Virus record (IMG/VR): IMGVR_UViG_2551306525_000009
From: a virus
Lineage: Duplodnaviria > Heunggongvirae > Uroviricota > Caudoviricetes
DNA length: 36,183 bases
Strand: one strand, 5' to 3'
The notes beneath the pieces were generated by a model. The model was not told the origin of the DNA. It searched no databases and saw nothing but the letters and a program-made list of their open reading frames with translations. The number at the start of each line of letters is the position of its first letter. Positions within the stretch are counted from its first letter, which is position 1. Shown here one piece after another: positions 35,194-36,183 of this stretch. Both the position numbers and the translations under genes were made by a program.

Positions 35194-36183
35194 ATGGCAA
35201 TTAAAGCACTCGATGGTGGACGGTATAAAGTGGATGTTAGACCGCGTGGCCGAAGTGGACGTCGGATTCAGCGGATTTTTAAGAAAAAGGCAGATGCAGT
35301 GGCCTTTGAGCGTTATGTTCTCAGCCACATGCACGATAAGGAATGGCTTGAAAAGCCAACAGAGCAACGTCATCTCTCAGATCTGCTTCCGTTATGGTGG
35401 GAATTGGGTGGACGCAATAAGCCATATGCTAACGGCGTTCTAACCAGGTTGAAAAAAATCATCAAAGAAATGAATGATCCAAGGGTTAGCCAGATTAATG
35501 CTCGTTTCATGGCCGCTTATCGAAGCTCCCGTTTATCCTTGGGAGTAAAAGAGTCTACTGTTCGGCGTGATGAGTCGGATCTCGGAGGAATGTTTACACT
35601 CCTAGCAAATGCCGGGGAATTTCACGGAGAAAATCCGCTCCGCGCCCTCCCCTCTTTGAAACGAAAATCACCCGAAATGACGTATCTCACCACGGAAGAA
35701 ATCGCCAAATTACTGGATGCAGTAAGCGGTGATGCCCGGCGGATTACGCTACTTTGTCTCAGTACTGGGGCGAGATGGGGAGAAGCGAAAAATCTGCGCG
35801 CGGAACACATCATCAATAATCGCGTGACGTTTAACAAAACTAAAAACGGAAAAGTTCGAATTATTCCTGTCTCTGATGAAGTTGTTAGTGAGATCAAAAC
35901 AAAGAAATCCGGCCTTTTGTTTGACGTCAATTATGAGGAATATCGCAAGGTGCTTCGCAGTGTTAAGCCAGACCTACCAAAAGGACAGGCTGTACATGTT
36001 CTACGCCATACCTTTGCTGCTCACTTTATGATTAATGGAGGAAATATACTTACGCTCCAGCGAATTATGGGGCACGCCACGATCCAGCAAACTATGACCT
36101 ATGCGCACCTCGCTCCTGATTTCCTCCAGGATGCAATTTCACTTAATCCGTTAAAAGGAGGCATCCACATTTCATCCACATAA
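35194..36183 (+). CDS. int: tyrosine integrase
   Basis: LDGGRYKVDVRP, RVTFNKTKNGK, HVLRHTFAAHFMINGG, TLQRIMGH..IQQTMTYAHLAP blocks as in P2 Int; GGAGGG RBS. Confidence 0.9.
   Translation: MAIKALDGGRYKVDVRPRGRSGRRIQRIFKKKADAVAFERYVLSHMHDKEWLEKPTEQRHLSDLLPLWWELGGRNKPYANGVLTRLKKIIKEMNDPRVSQINARFMAAYRSSRLSLGVKESTVRRDESDLGGMFTLLANAGEFHGENPLRALPSLKRKSPEMTYLTTEEIAKLLDAVSGDARRITLLCLSTGARWGEAKNLRAEHIINNRVTFNKTKNGKVRIIPVSDEVVSEIKTKKSGLLFDVNYEEYRKVLRSVKPDLPKGQAVHVLRHTFAAHFMINGGNILTLQRIMGHATIQQTMTYAHLAPDFLQDAISLNPLKGGIHISST

Noticed and set aside
1-36183. CRISPR arrays, tRNA or rRNA genes, and prophage att core sequences
   Set aside because: No regularly spaced short direct repeats and no cloverleaf-like candidates at the ends; the att core cannot be defined because the flank beyond int is outside the window.

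Overview
The window is almost entirely one complete P2-like (Peduovirus-type) temperate myovirus prophage, from the late activator ogr at the left (467-727) to a tyrosine integrase ending at the window edge (35194-36183). Calls rest on protein similarity to P2 recalled from memory plus gene order, RBS and coupling signals read from the sequence; no database search was run. Modules: ogr-D (minus); tail sheath FI, tube FII, chaperone E with a -1 frameshift E' extension, tape measure T, and U (plus, 2028-7603; inverted relative to canonical P2 order); a Hin/Gin-family invertase interrupted by a +1 frameshift; a ~3 kb invertible tail-fibre segment with gix-like crossover sites (8285-11262); baseplate, lysis and head genes H, I, J, W, V, S, R, spanins, M15 endolysin, holin, X, L, M, N, O (minus); terminase P and portal Q (plus); a cos-proximal non-coding region; an accessory island at the P2 old/tin position (24145-27560) carrying a YafO-like toxin, unknown partners, a ClpX zinc-binding-domain look-alike and a ParM/ParR partition pair; replication initiator A with repeat elements at its 3' end; an early operon containing an SPFH/band-7 lipoprotein pair; cox, repressor C and int. 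A Hok/Gef-family toxin ORF lies outside ogr at the left edge. No rRNA, tRNA or CRISPR array was recognised. The best candidates for an undescribed system are the accessory island (especially the ClpX-ZBD protein and the YafO-like toxin with a non-canonical partner) and the SPFH pair.
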